DNA of 64,000 nucleotides from Auanema rhodensis (lineage: Eukaryota; Animalia; Nematoda), in the NCBI GenBank assembly GCA_964057225.1, contig OZ059896.1, forward strand, positions 13,330,001 to 13,394,000, read 5' to 3'. The notes beneath the pieces were generated by a model that was not told the DNA's origin, searched no databases, and saw only the letters and a list, made by a program, of their open reading frames with translations. The position numbers and the translations under genes are program-made. This document shows, piece by piece, positions 30,475 to 43,515 of the stretch; the stretch's first letter is position 1; every line of letters begins with the position of its first letter.

Positions 30475-32562
30475 TTCTGAGTATTACCTATGAAATTAAC
30501 TGATCACAAAATGAACGATTTAATGTTAGAAAGTTTAAATAAGCAATGTGATAAGAACTGGAAAAACAAGCAATATAACTAGTTTTTAGAAGAAACTGGT
30601 ATCAGAACCATAGTCTGGAAATGAAGAACAAATGGGAAATCTATTGATTTGAAAATTCGAAAGAGTAACCGAGATGATTGAACAGGTAGGAATTCTTGTT
30701 TCGGATGAGGAAGAAGAAATGAAATAGGTGCAGGTAATATTGTGAATCATATGTTCTTCTTGTAGGATAAGATATCACCTTCAGACAGTATTTGTACCAC
30801 TCCGAAAGGGCGGTGCTCTTTTCTCTGTTTGTCTCGAGCTATCTCAAGAAATAATGCATTCTTGTATCGCCACACAGTCTCACACACTCTATCCAACATC
30901 ATTTCCTGCTAATCGTGAAAGGGCTGGGCGAAGAGAAAAGAAATCAAAGAGGTGAATAGTGAGAGAAAGAAAAAATGGAGAGTGAAAGAATAAGGGAGAG
31001 AGGGAAATATAGAGATAAAAGATAGAGAGGAAAAGAAAGAGGGATAGAGAATAAGATAGAGATAGTGAGAAAGATCAGTGTATTCACAAACATTTACACA
31101 TAATATATTTCACGGACATAGGCCGTTTATGCATAGAAGCCTAATGAATTAGGCATAATAGTCGGTGGCGTTTGAGAGAAAGAACCGTAGACAAACTATA
31201 AGAAATCAAGAAAGTAGCCCATCTCATCACGCATATGAATATTCTGCACATATATTAAACACTCGAATTCATATATATTTCTTATATAAATATAAAAAAC
31301 TGAAAATCTTTTTCTTACAAACACTTTAAAATATATTTTTACCAATTTACTGGCCTTCTACATGATAAACGTGAATTTATCGAAAAAAAATTTGGCCAAG
31401 TCATTGTGATAGGATTAAAATGATAAGACAAGCAGAATAACACAGTAAACTCTATGAACTTTGTCTTTTAGTCTTAAAATGGCTCCAAAAAACTCTTCAT
31501 AACTATAATCGGTTGGGTGTTCAATAGATACTATAATCAGTTTGGAAGTTCTTTGCTTCTCCGAATATTTGAAGTTTCTTGGAAACAAAAGAGATTTAAG
31601 TAAAAAAGATTATTCGTTTTTTTTTTTTCGAAAAATTTTATTTTTATAAAAACAAATAAAAATATATTTTATAATAATTTATTCAATTAAGAATTATTAT
31701 ATATTTAAGTTATTTCAACGATGCCATCATTGCCATCATTTCTTCTTAATTCATATTTAATTTTAACTTTGAAATACTTTTGGAAATAAAAACCAAAAAA
31801 TGCAATCTATTATGTTTTCGGAAAATACATTAACGAAAGATATCTGATTATATTTTCATGACAATTTATGTTTTAAACAACACGTGAAACATGATTAAGC
31901 AGATTGCTCTAATTGTTTCAGCAACATCAGCTTCATTTCAAAAGAAAAATATAAAGAATTTTTTATTAAACAAGCTATAAATTCAATTAAAATTTAAGAT
32001 ATTTTATATGATATCAATAAACTTTCTCTGAATACACTTAGAATCTTATATTCAACTGAGAACGTGAATTTTTATAAAATAAAATAAGAATAAATAGTTT
32101 AAAAATTCTCTAGAAAATTATAAATTTCTGAATGAAGAGACGAATAATGGAAGTTATTTTTCTATCTTGTTTCTCAGAATTTTTATCTCATCACACGCCG
32201 TCATACATTTTTGTATATAAAACTTGTTAAAAAGGTCATTTTCGAAAATTGGTGATAAAAAACGAAATTAATGATCATTGTGAATCTTGTTATCAGCATA
32301 CATTTTCTATATCAAGATTTATAATTAACTTACTGATAATGCTGCACCACATATGTAACTAGCACCAGTTTTCTAGAAGTATTAATTATTCTTAATAATC
32401 ATAGAAGCTTATTCATATCGCTAATTATTTACAAGTTAGAATATTATATAAATAAATAATCAACGAAAATGACAATAATGAACTGGCTGTCTGGCATCTT
32501 AATATGCAAATTAGTTTGCCGCGTAATTACACATAAATTTCATTTTCGAATGATCAGGGCAT

Positions 32563-34691
32563 ATGATGCGGTTGCTTCTAATATTTTTTCTTATACCTAA
32601 TCCTGCTATACTTGTACGTTTTTTTAAGTTCAATTATTTAACGTAGATTATTTAATATTTTAAAATAGTTTTTGAAGAAAGTTTCTTAATATTGTAATAT
32701 TTGAACTTTTCATAAAGAATTATAGGTATATATATCTATCTATCTATATATATATATATATATCAATATAGTTGTGATAGTAGATTTATACAAGTATATA
32801 GGAGAACAAAGAACTCGCCGAAGAATTTCATCGACAAACACAATGTTTGTCTCGGAGAAGCAGACACATTTCACTACATCAGGAACATGTTCAGGTAACT
32901 TTACAAACGATAAATGTCGAATTTTTTGACTATTATTATAGGTTATTGTCTTAACAAAAGGATCTGATATCATATTACCTTGTTTTCCTTGGTATTTTAT
33001 GAAACATCATTGTATTCACTGCGAAATACTTTGTATTTCAGTGTAGCCCCCGAAGATGCAGTTGAAATTGAAACAACATTCAAACCATCATCAGGATCTA
33101 TTGGGAGAGTATTTAAAAAAGCTGTTGATTTCTTCAAAAAAGTTAGCTATACAAAAAAAAGAAAAATTTAAAAACAATAGATCGGGTAATATTTAGAGGT
33201 TATCACCATCATCTACTCTATTTGATGAGAAAAAATGGAAATATGATTGGGAATTCGCGAATTCCGGGAAAGCTTGGGTTGATTTGACTAATATTCATCA
33301 ACGAAAACAAAAGCTAGACGCTATTGGCGAGAAAATCTCGAGGTTAATAATCACACATATGAATTGATTTAAATTTTTTGAAGATTTCTGAACAGGGATT
33401 CGAATCGCCTGACCTTAGGTGATCGATATGAATTAAACTTGAAAAATGTGAATGCCAACCAAACGGGCTTTTATCGATGTATAAACAAATACAAAAAAGT
33501 TCATAGAATCACCATGACCTATTTCCTCGATATCCAATCAAAATCAGATTTGAAAATGGTTTACAAGGTTCTGTTGAATGTTTTATAAATAGTATAGTAC
33601 TAGATGCCATCAAATACGACAGAGATTCAGAAAGTTCTCTCATTATTTCCAAACAAAAAACTAAAAGATGAACAACTAATCATCAGACATCATGTAATAT
33701 CATATATATATATATAAGATATTCCAATATTCTTGTTGTAGACACACTCATGGAACAGATGTAACAAGTGCGGTTCAAATACTACAGGTGAACAAACCAG
33801 ACTTCATGAATGTGTTATAGAAGTAGATAAATTATACTGCAGTGTATATCAATTTCTTAAACTTCCAGTCCAGTTTGAAATTTTTGGATAAGCAGCCTGA
33901 TTCTAGTAAATGGATTCGATTGTTCGGAAAAGTTCCTTGTGAAAGTTCTGTTGTTCCTTTACGTTTGAGAAAGTTAATAGGAAAATTTCCAAAAATTGTG
34001 GAATTTCGAAGTTGCAATGTAAGACATGTAGAAGAATTTCAAAACAGTTCTAATAGGCTACCTGCATCTCTCCTGATATTCAAGACAGAACTATCAGCAC
34101 AGTTGACGAATTAGGGGAGTTTCGCGTGCTGGACTACATCCCAAAGGGTGAATTCCTTTTTGGAGAAATATTACCACAATTGTTGCCACCCGTTGTACGG
34201 AAAGGATATCTGGTTCGTAGTTATGTCGTAAGAAGTAATCTCTTTTTTACAGGTTATTGAGGGCGATCCAATTGTGTTTTCTTGCAATGTCAATCCATAC
34301 GAATCAACTGCTGTTCATTGGCATTCAGACAAATCATTGAATATAGGATATAATTATATCAATAATGAATATAAAGTTTCCGAAAAAGCAAGTTGATTGT
34401 AAAGCTTTAGCTTTCAGGGAAGAATTCATTTTGATGAAGTTTCTCGATTAATTTTTACAAAAGTTGAAATGAGTGACGCGGGATTCTATTAGTTTGTTTC
34501 GGAACAATAGGCTCTAACTCATATTTCGTTATAGTTGTTATAATTCTGAAAACATTCTGATTGGAGCTCACAATCTTATGGTTGCAGAAAATGAAAGAAC
34601 AAAAGAAATACTGGCTAATATGGAAATGTTACTTAGATTTATTGCATTTACATTAATATGTATCATGATCATATCCCGCCTTCTTGAATAA
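32563..34691 (+). CDS. spe-45: Single-pass Ig-domain protein, SPE-45/FAM187-like (candidate sperm fertilization factor)
   Basis: Signal peptide MMRLLLIFFLIP; Ig domain (IILPCFPC..WKYDWEF..TGFYRC); Cys-rich WNRCNKCG..GEQTR..C..LFGKVPCESSVVP..FRSC; second Ig-like domain (GDPIVFSC..VHW..SDAGFY.C); C-terminal TM FIAFTLICIMII. Stop at 34691. Confidence 0.72.
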
Positions 34692-35082
34692 ATTCTTAAA
34701 ATCATAAAACACGTGTTTTGAAATTTAACTTCTCACATCACTGTGGATGTAACCATTCAAAACTGAAACTTTAGCAAAAGATATGAAAACAAAAAATATC
34801 AAAACCAAACACAAATTCGTATGTTCATTCGACATTGTCTGAATTTGGGTAGCGGTTGTCTTTTGCAAAACATTTAGGATTTTTAAATATACTTTGATCA
34901 AAGTCACAGTAGTAAGTTTCTTCGTTTTAATAATGTTTAAAATAAAATTTCAAGAATTAATAGTACTATTTTTCATTTAATAAGTATTAAAAACTAGATG
35001 TACGTGTTCACGTACGTTGGCGGTAATATTTTGCATTTAAAACAAAAATTAAGCTTTAAGTGATTTATTCTCTTAGTTATGG

Positions 35083-37765
35083 ATGGCTAGCGAAGAAGTT
35101 TTTAATTTTTTTATCGAACGGCACATTGTTCTGAAGGAGGATTGGCTTAATGCCGTCATAAAGTTCTTGTCACAATCAAAGATTCAAGTAAGAGGAATCG
35201 CTAAACAAACCATTTCCAACTTTCTTCAGGGCCGAAATATATGCGAAGCTGTGTATGAACAATGGCTTTTTGCTGATTTAAAAGATTCTTCTTATCCAAT
35301 TTTTGATCAAATTGGAATAGGAGAAGTAAAAAACAAAGATACCATCACGTCCCCTTTTATAGCTCAGGTATCAAATCTGTAGCAATCATGTTTTATCCAA
35401 AAATTTTTTTCAACTATTTAGATTGCTTCCATAAGTGATGTGGGAAGCTCTCTTTATTCACAATACAAAAAGTTAACTTATGAATTTACGGATAATTCTG
35501 GTTTTGAAGCTCTGCCTGATCAAGAAAGTGTTACTATAAGTGTATATATTCAAATACATTTTTTAAAAAATTTTAGAATTAAGGCATCAAAACGAATGCT
35601 TTTACTGATTTTAAGTGATGGGAAAAATTCTTGTAAAGCTATGGAATATTTTTCCATTCCCCAGTTGAGCTTACTTACAACTCCGGGATGCAAGGTAGCA
35701 ATTTTCATTTAAAAATACCTGTTTTTTGTTCAATTTAAGGTGCTTCTTTTCCCTACTATTACTTATCGAAAGGGTATCTTAATGCTGAAAAATGGCCACT
35801 GCCAAGTGTTAGGTTAGTGTTTTTCTGTGTCACATACTTCATAACTGTTATTTAAAAGGCGGTGATGTTGGAAGTCTAATGGAATCCGGTCGTCCCGTGG
35901 AAGTAATGGCTGTTCGGCTTGGTATTATGAATATAAATAAAAATGAGAATAATAAAAATCAGGCTGGAGATATGAATCAGGCAATGTAAGTTTTTTTAGT
36001 TTCATCATTTTTCCTTAACTGATTCCTATTAGTTTGCCCATATCGGAGCCTGACGTTGAGGTGAACTTAGATCCAATAGATACTTATAGGGAAGACAATT
36101 ATAATGAAAACAATTTCTCAAGCAACGGTACATATATGTATTGCAAATGCTGCAAATGTTTTTATTTCTAGAAGCTGTATCTCTATCTGAAGCACCAGCT
36201 TCGTTTGTTTCTCGTTCAAGATCTCCGGATAATTATGTCTTCAGTAGTAGGAATAGTACCCAGATATGCTCTAATTCGTCTGCAAAGTTTGGCTAAGTTT
36301 GAATGTTTAAATGTTTTTATTTTCTTAGTGCTCTTACAAGCTTATCAAGTATTCATTTAAAGAAGAAGACAGGAATTAATATATCTCAGGTTAATATTAA
36401 TAATTATTCTTATACATTGAATTTTAGTCGTTTTCGCAAACTCCTAAGGAAAGAGTTCCTAATAAAGGTTGCCTAACGTCAGTAGTTCCTAGTCGAAATT
36501 GCGATATTCGCTTGGAAGACTCTCCTCCTCGCTTTGATACACCTAAGTAATTTTTCGTTTCGTATTCTTTGAAGAAATACATTTTCAGATTGAATGTGAA
36601 TTCAGATGCTCAAAATTCAATTCTGACTAATAAATTTTCCAAGTCAAATAGGAAACGTTCATCTATTTTAAGTAAATGTTTGAATCCGGACAATGGTTGT
36701 TTCTTTTCTTATTCAAAGGTTATACTTATTTTTAGATCATCCTAATAGTGGTCTCATTGATCTGACTTCCAGAAGTGATAACATAGAAGGTAAGTAAGTG
36801 TTCTTGCTACTACGTGAAATTATTTTTTGTTTATATATCATGAATTTTCAGACTTTTGTCGTCCAATGGCTTTGACTTCCAACAGTTTTCAATCCCCTCC
36901 GAAGAAGAAAATAGCTCAACCTTCTCTTGTAATATTCTTATATTGTAACAGTATAATTGTATCATTTTTAGAAGGCTGTGAAGCTAGAAATAATTGAACT
37001 TTCTGATGATGAAGATAATGTTACTGAGACCGTTAATATTGCTTCGAAGTCTGAAGAAAATGTTTGTTTTCCAATCAGCGTACCATCGATTTCTTGGATA
37101 TATTTTGTAGGTTATTATAAGTGTTTTTCCTCCATGTATTGATGGTTCGTTGTACTGTCAAAGATATGAGCAATTAAAAATTGTTCGTATTGCTGATGCT
37201 ATAAGAAGAAGTCGCTTTGCTGTAGGATCCGTTAAATGTGTCATTGAGGTGTGTTGCATCAATATCCCTATTTCATAATTTTCTCTAATACAGGCAGTTA
37301 TGACTGATGTAATTGAAGCTTTAAGAATAGTAGATAAGCATTGGACGCAAAAGGTTCAATTAAAGTAATTTTAGAAAACAAAATCAGTATTTAGATCGAA
37401 ATAACTGATATGTCCTCTAAATTAGTATGTTATATTGATGATCCCACTCTGTCGTCATTAATAGGTTTAACAACGCAACAAGCAATGGTCTTTATATAAA
37501 GTATTATTTTTATATTTTAATATTTTGGCTTCAGGAAATCAAAAAATCGTCTGATGCGTGTCGTAGAAAAGATGGGTCGAGAAGGTTATCGGTATGCTAT
37601 CCTTTTTTCTATTTTATTTCATTATAATTACTGGTTTAGGCTGTTTCAACTCAGATGCAGAGATTGGACTTACTGTTCACTGTCGAATTTTTCAGTGGAG
37701 GTCTTGCTGATGCCGTAATACGTTCTATACAAACTCTTCCACAAGCAATTTCTCTTTTTTCTTAA
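35083..37765 (+). CDS. RMI1 homolog (rmh-1/rmh-2 family; BTR complex OB-fold subunit)
   Basis: N-terminal LKEDWL..VYEQWLFADL; OB1 KRMLLLILSDG..KAMEY..IPQLS..PGCKVLL..RKGILML..CQVLGGDV; long Ser-rich linker; C-terminal OB2 (WTQKIEITD..LIGLTTQQA). Stop at 37765. Confidence 0.88.
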
Positions 37766-38088
37766 TTTTCTTGGCTATATTTCTTTTTATATTATCAATA
37801 TACGGTTCTAGTCTATTTTTCATATGCTATAGTATTTTGAATTTTTTTTATAAACTTTATTCATTCTTTATCTAAAGATCTTTCTCATTTACTTTTTGGT
37901 AGGTAGAGTCAGCTGTGGGTTAATACATCTTTTTTTCCGACGTCATGTCCAATAGTTTCTTCGGGCAATTGTTCTGATCGAAAAGATAGGGTTTAATCAC
38001 TACGGGTGTTCTTCAATTGATGTGTGATGGGAGAGCTGAAAAGTCTAATAGTTCTCCAAGCTAATTCGAATACTATTGCAGTGTTCAG

Positions 38089-38202
38089 TGATAACGATAA
38101 GTTGTCTTTGCCAAAGGGCTTACCTTAGAGCAGAACATGTTTTTTCATTGATTTGTAAAGCAATATATTCATGATCATACTCTGGAGAATACATATTTAT
38201 CT
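38089..38202. promoter_or_regulatory. GATA-site cluster upstream of the acid phosphatase (candidate intestinal ELT-2-type input)
   Basis: TGATAA at 38089-38094, CGATAA at 38095-38100 and TTATCT at 38197-38202, all within 230 nt of the ATG. Confidence 0.35.
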
Positions 38203-38318
38203 TATTAATTCTTTTTGCAACTTGAAAACATTTCATATTTTTCTTATAACATCATGTTTGAATTTCATTATTGTCGTGTTTTCCTGAAATCTCATATATA
38301 CCGTAGTTATTTTCAGAT

Positions 38319-39958
38319 ATGAGATTATTGCTTCTCTTATTAAGCTTTGCTTTGTATTCGAGAAGCAAAAAGCTTGAGTTTGTTCAAGCTTTATGGCGTC
38401 ATGGAGATAGAGCTCCTACGTCTTTTCCATATCCAACCGATAAATATACAGAAGAATATTGGCCTCGTGGTTGGGGACAGTTAACTGAAGTTAGAGAAAT
38501 AAGATATTAAATAGCAAATTAATATGAAAATCGTACATTTCAGCGCGGAATCGAACAATTGTTCAAACTTGGGCAAGCATTTAGAGTCCGCTACCCTAAC
38601 ATCAAACGACAGTATGACTCATCTGAAGTTAAACTCTATCGATTTGAAATTATTGAGTAATCTGGTTTTAGGTGTATATGAGAACATCAGATGCGGATAG
38701 AGCATCATCTTCAGCTCAATCATTTCTACATGGATTCTATCCTGTATATGGTAAACTGAATATCAGTTTGAAAATTTGTAATAATTTTCAATTGAAGATG
38801 AAAAGCTTAAGAACTATACCTCAAAATGGGAGCCTGTTCCCATTCATGGAAGTTCAAGTGGTATTAATGATTGGGTGAATTTCAATTACAAATCACTAAT
38901 TTTTAGTTATTATCTTAGATCTGTCGCCCTACTCCTATAAATTGTCCAAATTATTCAAAATTATTAGAAGTTAAAAGAGCTCCTATTTATAAAACATATA
39001 ATGCAAAGTGATTGCTCAAGTTGTTAAATATACATCATGTTCAAGTTTAGATATGCTGATCTTTTCTCATTTTTGGGAACTGTTACAGGAATAAATAACT
39101 TTACGATGTATAATGTAATTCCTGTTTATAATATTAATAGAGAGGTTTGTTTTATTAGAAAAGAGTTTTAACAATTATCTTGCTTTTGCTTTTAGATTGA
39201 AAATGGACTAACAGATCAACCAACATGGGTTTATAAACGATGGGAACAATATGAGAATAAGACAACAATTGAACTTGTAAATAATATTTCAACAGTACAG
39301 TTTATATCTATGTATGAAGATCAAAATATGGCAAAGGTAGTTTATTTGAAAATCTTCTTCAATCTCATTTTGTTATTTTAGTATTTTGGTGGATATCTTT
39401 TGAATAATTTCATTGAAACAGCCAAAAATGTATCTTTGGGCACTCAAAGTAATCCTCGATTTATGAGATGGTACTCTTCGGTTTGTTTAAAAATATAAAA
39501 CTTTAAAAGAAAACATATTTGAAGCATGATACAGTACTCTCATCTTTGATGTATACTATGGGTATTGGAGACGGAGAAATGCCATCTTATGCTGCAACTT
39601 TAACAATGGAAGTACACAGTGATCCATGGACAGTTGAGGTATGATTGAGGTATGAATTAATTAAAATTAATTAATATATTTAGTTTTATTATGGAACATC
39701 AATTGACAATAATAATCCAATACAATTACCAAACTGTAATTTCTCATGTCCCATTGATCAATTTGAAGAAATTTATAAAGATGCAGTTATAAAAACAGTT
39801 AGAGAAGCTGAACAGGTTTATTAAAAAAGTTTTTTCTTTATATAACTTCATATAAAATCTTATAGCATTGTGGAATAATAGATAATGGAGGAGAGCAATT
39901 TCAATATTTTTATGTTTTATTAATAATTCTTTTTTTGGATTATTATCTTTCAAATTGA
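38319..39958 (+). CDS. Histidine acid phosphatase (pho/acp family), signal peptide plus C-terminal hydrophobic (GPI/TM-like) tail
   Basis: TTTTCAG 2 nt before the ATG. Signal peptide, catalytic [27 protein letters not shown], proton-donor YSSHDT and PSYAA. Ends [17 protein letters not shown] at 39958. Confidence 0.92.
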
Positions 39959-40055
39959 TATAATTTTTTATGATAAGATGTTTTAAAAGAAAAAAAAATA
40001 TTTGTATGTAGTTTATATAAAGATATAGAATAAATAATGATATTTACTAGTTTTA

Positions 40056-41345
40056 TTAATTCCATTGTGCTTGTAAAGACGAGAAATATGCTGCTGTATC
40101 ATATGTTGGATTAGTTTCTTCTAAAAATATGATACAGATGAAAAGTTTCATCCAACAATAGCGATTACAAACTATTATTACCTGTGTATTTATTATCTTT
40201 TATAGATTTGATACAATTATCACATTTATAAAATGCAATGCTTGGAATAAGTATAGCACATCTAAAAAAAAACAAATTTGAAAAAAAAAGTTTGAAATAG
40301 ATCTCACAATGCCACAGAAATATTAAAACAAAGCGTCAATACTTGAAAACAATGTTGAAGAGATATATCTGTTGAAAATGATAAATGACTTGCTATATAA
40401 AATGGAGTTAAAATCATTATCATAGTGAACGTTGTAATTACAACAGGCTTTAAAACCTACAAAAAAAAAGTTTCTTTAACTGAACTTTCGACTTTTATCA
40501 AACTTTAAGTGAACGGATATTTTCATTTAATTGAAAACGAAAACTTAAAGTATACTGATCAGTTTTGCATGAAAAATGAGAATTAATATCTATCCATCGT
40601 TGATTATTCTTTTTATAAATACATTTTAAAGCCTAAATATATAAATATTATAAATAATGATTATAAGAAAACAAAAATTACAAGTGCTCCAAGAAAACTT
40701 AATATTCCACCAGATGATGTCAGAATTATAAAATGAATATATTCTATTAAAAAAGAAAATAAGAATTTTATAATTAAAAATTAAAATAATTACCAAAAAT
40801 AAAACATGCAGCATCTACCAAAGATATTAAAGCATTCAACAAACAAAGAACAAAACCAATATATCGTTTTTGCTTTTTTTCATAATTTCTTATACATATT
40901 GTTGCAATAGATCTTTCCAAACATAAAGTACTAAGACTAAAAAAATATTTTTTTAAAATTTGAAATTGAAATTTTAGAATTTTACATGCAAAACATGGTA
41001 GCAAAGAAGAATATCCGTATAAATGAACATGTTCTGATTATAATATTATCTTCAGGAGCTCCTATAACAACTTTTAATTATATAAAACAATATATAATAT
41101 ATACCTGTATATTGTATATATTCTAAAATATAAAATATTAATATAGTTCGTGATATAATACTTATAAAATATATTATATTACAATAAATTATCAAACATT
41201 TCAAATTAAAATGTAATCTAGCATGTGTATATATGAATAAAGTTGATATAGATATTACAAAATTTATAAAAATTAAAAATAATTCAGAGAATAGAAATGG
41301 TTTTAACTCATTAAGTTTAACAGCCTTAAAATATTCAAGACGCAT
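40056..41345 (-). CDS. Serpentine chemoreceptor, sre class (copy 1)
   Basis: Intact spliced ORF with LHFNL, LERSIAT..NYE, YTLSFRFQLNENIRS and C-terminal YFSSLQAQWN*, all typical sre motifs. Start codon approximate. Confidence 0.82.
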
Positions 41346-41433
41346 GGTAGATCGTTTCAACAATCTTCTATTTGATGTCACACAGTTTAAAAATTTCGTG
41401 TAAATGATGTATTAGATTTGAAAATCATTAAAA

Positions 41434-41439
41434 CAGGTG
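41434..41439. promoter_or_regulatory. CACCTG E-box about 90 nt upstream of sre copy 1
   Basis: CAGGTG on the plus strand at 41434-41439. Confidence 0.45.
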
Positions 41440-41585
41440 AAATTTAGAGTTCAAACAATCATATATATATATAGTTATTCTAAGAATTAATTATACAAAG
41501 CTACAAAAAACTTTAATATTACACATATTATGTTCATACAATAATTATTTTATATATAAGTATATACAAAAATATATTGTTTATT

Positions 41586-42962
41586 TTATACACGACAAGA
41601 AGAATCCCAGAGTGATGTCAATCGTATGAAATATATATTAAAATCATCTTCTACATTGTTGACAGAACGTTTTTCTCGTAAAAAACAAGCTAAAGGATCA
41701 AAAGATATACATAATGACATTTCAAACAACAATGATAATAATCAAATTTACCTGTACACTTCATTTGACGTAATATAGGAGCGAAATATGGATGAATGAA
41801 TACAGCAACAACAATAATTACAAAACCATATCTAAATTCAAAATAATAATAATAATCTTTATATAATTAGCATTATTTTACATTGATATAGATACATTGA
41901 ATGCTGTATCGAAGTAATATGATATTTCTCCATTTCTTATTTTTCTTATACATTCAAGATTAGCCATAACATACAATACAAAATTCATTGTATTTTGAAA
42001 ACTTGTTTGAAAACAAACATTTTTTAAAATATAAAAAATTTAAAAAGTTGAGTTAGATGTGGGTTAAGAAGTAAACCTGCATGGATTTTACGTTTTCAAC
42101 CATTTGAAACCTTAAACTTAATGTATATTGAGTTTTAGCAATTCGATGATTCTTCTGAAGTTGTTCCAACTTTGTGACGTTGTTCCGATACAAAACTACA
42201 AAAATCTGTAAGAAGTACATACAAATAGAATATGCAAAGAAGCAAATACTATTCCTCCAGCAATAGTAAATGATAATCCAAAACAAGCTAATATAGCCCA
42301 ATTCATTATGTCTACAAGTATTAAAGTACATTCAAATACAAATACAAAATTAATAAAAACCAAAAGTTAATAGCATTGATGCACCAATAGATGTTATAGA
42401 TTTATGAGCTATAAGTATTACAGCAATATATTTTCTTTCATTTATCTCATAATCAGCAATATAATAAGTAGCAATTAATCTTTCAATAGATAATGAGAAA
42501 ATTCTTTAAAATATTTTTAAAAAAATTAAAAAAATTAAAATAAAAATACCCTATGAGTATAATTCCCATATAATATGTTCGTATTATACTTGCAACTATT
42601 AGTAAAACATCTTCTTCTGGTTCACCTTTGAATATAAGTTTTTAAAAAAAATATATAAAAGAAGATTTAATATTCAAATACTTACTATCACATAAAATCA
42701 TTTCTAATTGATATAATAATATTATAAATCTTGATATTAATGATAAAAGATATTGTAAAACTATAGAACCCAATACAGATCTCAAATTAATATGAAATCG
42801 ACTATGACGAATAACTTGAAAAGAAACAAGAAAAACGATCATATTGATAATGACCATAGCTAATTCAATTACAAATGTAGCTTTGAAGAAATTTTTTTTA
42901 GCCGTAGGAAATATAGCTTGAAGTCGTATGTTTGACATTAGAACTATTGTTGAGAATGGCAT
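41586..42962 (-). CDS. Serpentine chemoreceptor, sre class (copy 2)
   Basis: FHINL, IERLIATYYIADYE, YTLSLRFQMVENVKS and C-terminal YFIRLTSLWDSSCRV*. Confidence 0.82.
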
Positions 42963-43009
42963 GGAAATGAAAGAATTTTTCTTTTTTTTTTTCGTTTTCA
43001 ATTACTTTC

Positions 43010-43015
43010 CACCTG
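43010..43015. promoter_or_regulatory. CACCTG E-box about 50 nt upstream of sre copy 2
   Basis: CACCTG on the plus strand at 43010-43015. Confidence 0.45.
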
Positions 43016-43498
43016 ATAGCTTTGAAATGAAATATCAGTTGTGAGTATTTAGTTTGCATCTTTGAATCATTAATAAATCTTAGCATGGATAACATCTGGA
43101 AAGTATGATTAAGAAGAGAAATTATAAACAAAAAAACTTATGAAAGAGAAATATTTATTGATAATTTAAATAAGAGTTCAATCAATAATTATGACAACAC
43201 TAAAAAAACTTTTTTTTTCTATATAGAACTCAATAATAATAATAATAATAATATTAATAATTTGTTTGGATGAAAAAAAAGAAAAAAAAGATGATGAGGC
43301 AAGCATTCAAAGTTCAAATATTGAAATTATAATTTGAAAGAATGTATGTAGGTATGTATGTATACACTAAGAGAGACAAAACAATAAGAGAATTGAGTAT
43401 TAATGGCAATTTACTATTTTATGCTCAAAACTTGTCTGAAACTATATAATATAATAAAAATTATTATACAAATTTGATCTCGAAGACGTGTAGGTCGA

Positions 43499-43515
43499 GA
43501 GGTAGTAGGGCATAG
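43499..43515 (-). promoter_or_regulatory. Candidate let-7 complementary site in the bed-3 3'UTR
   Basis: Plus strand GAGGTAGTAGG (43499-43509) is identical to let-7 nt 2-12, so the minus-strand mRNA is complementary. The adjacent GCATAG allows pairing to nt 15-20 with one G:U. Confidence 0.55.

Noticed and set aside
38036-38135. GAAAAGTCT..CCAAAGGGCTTAC resembling RNase MRP/P P4 motifs
   Set aside because: The P4 pairing relies on several G:U pairs and no P1-P3 helices were found. The region is better explained as the phosphatase promoter.
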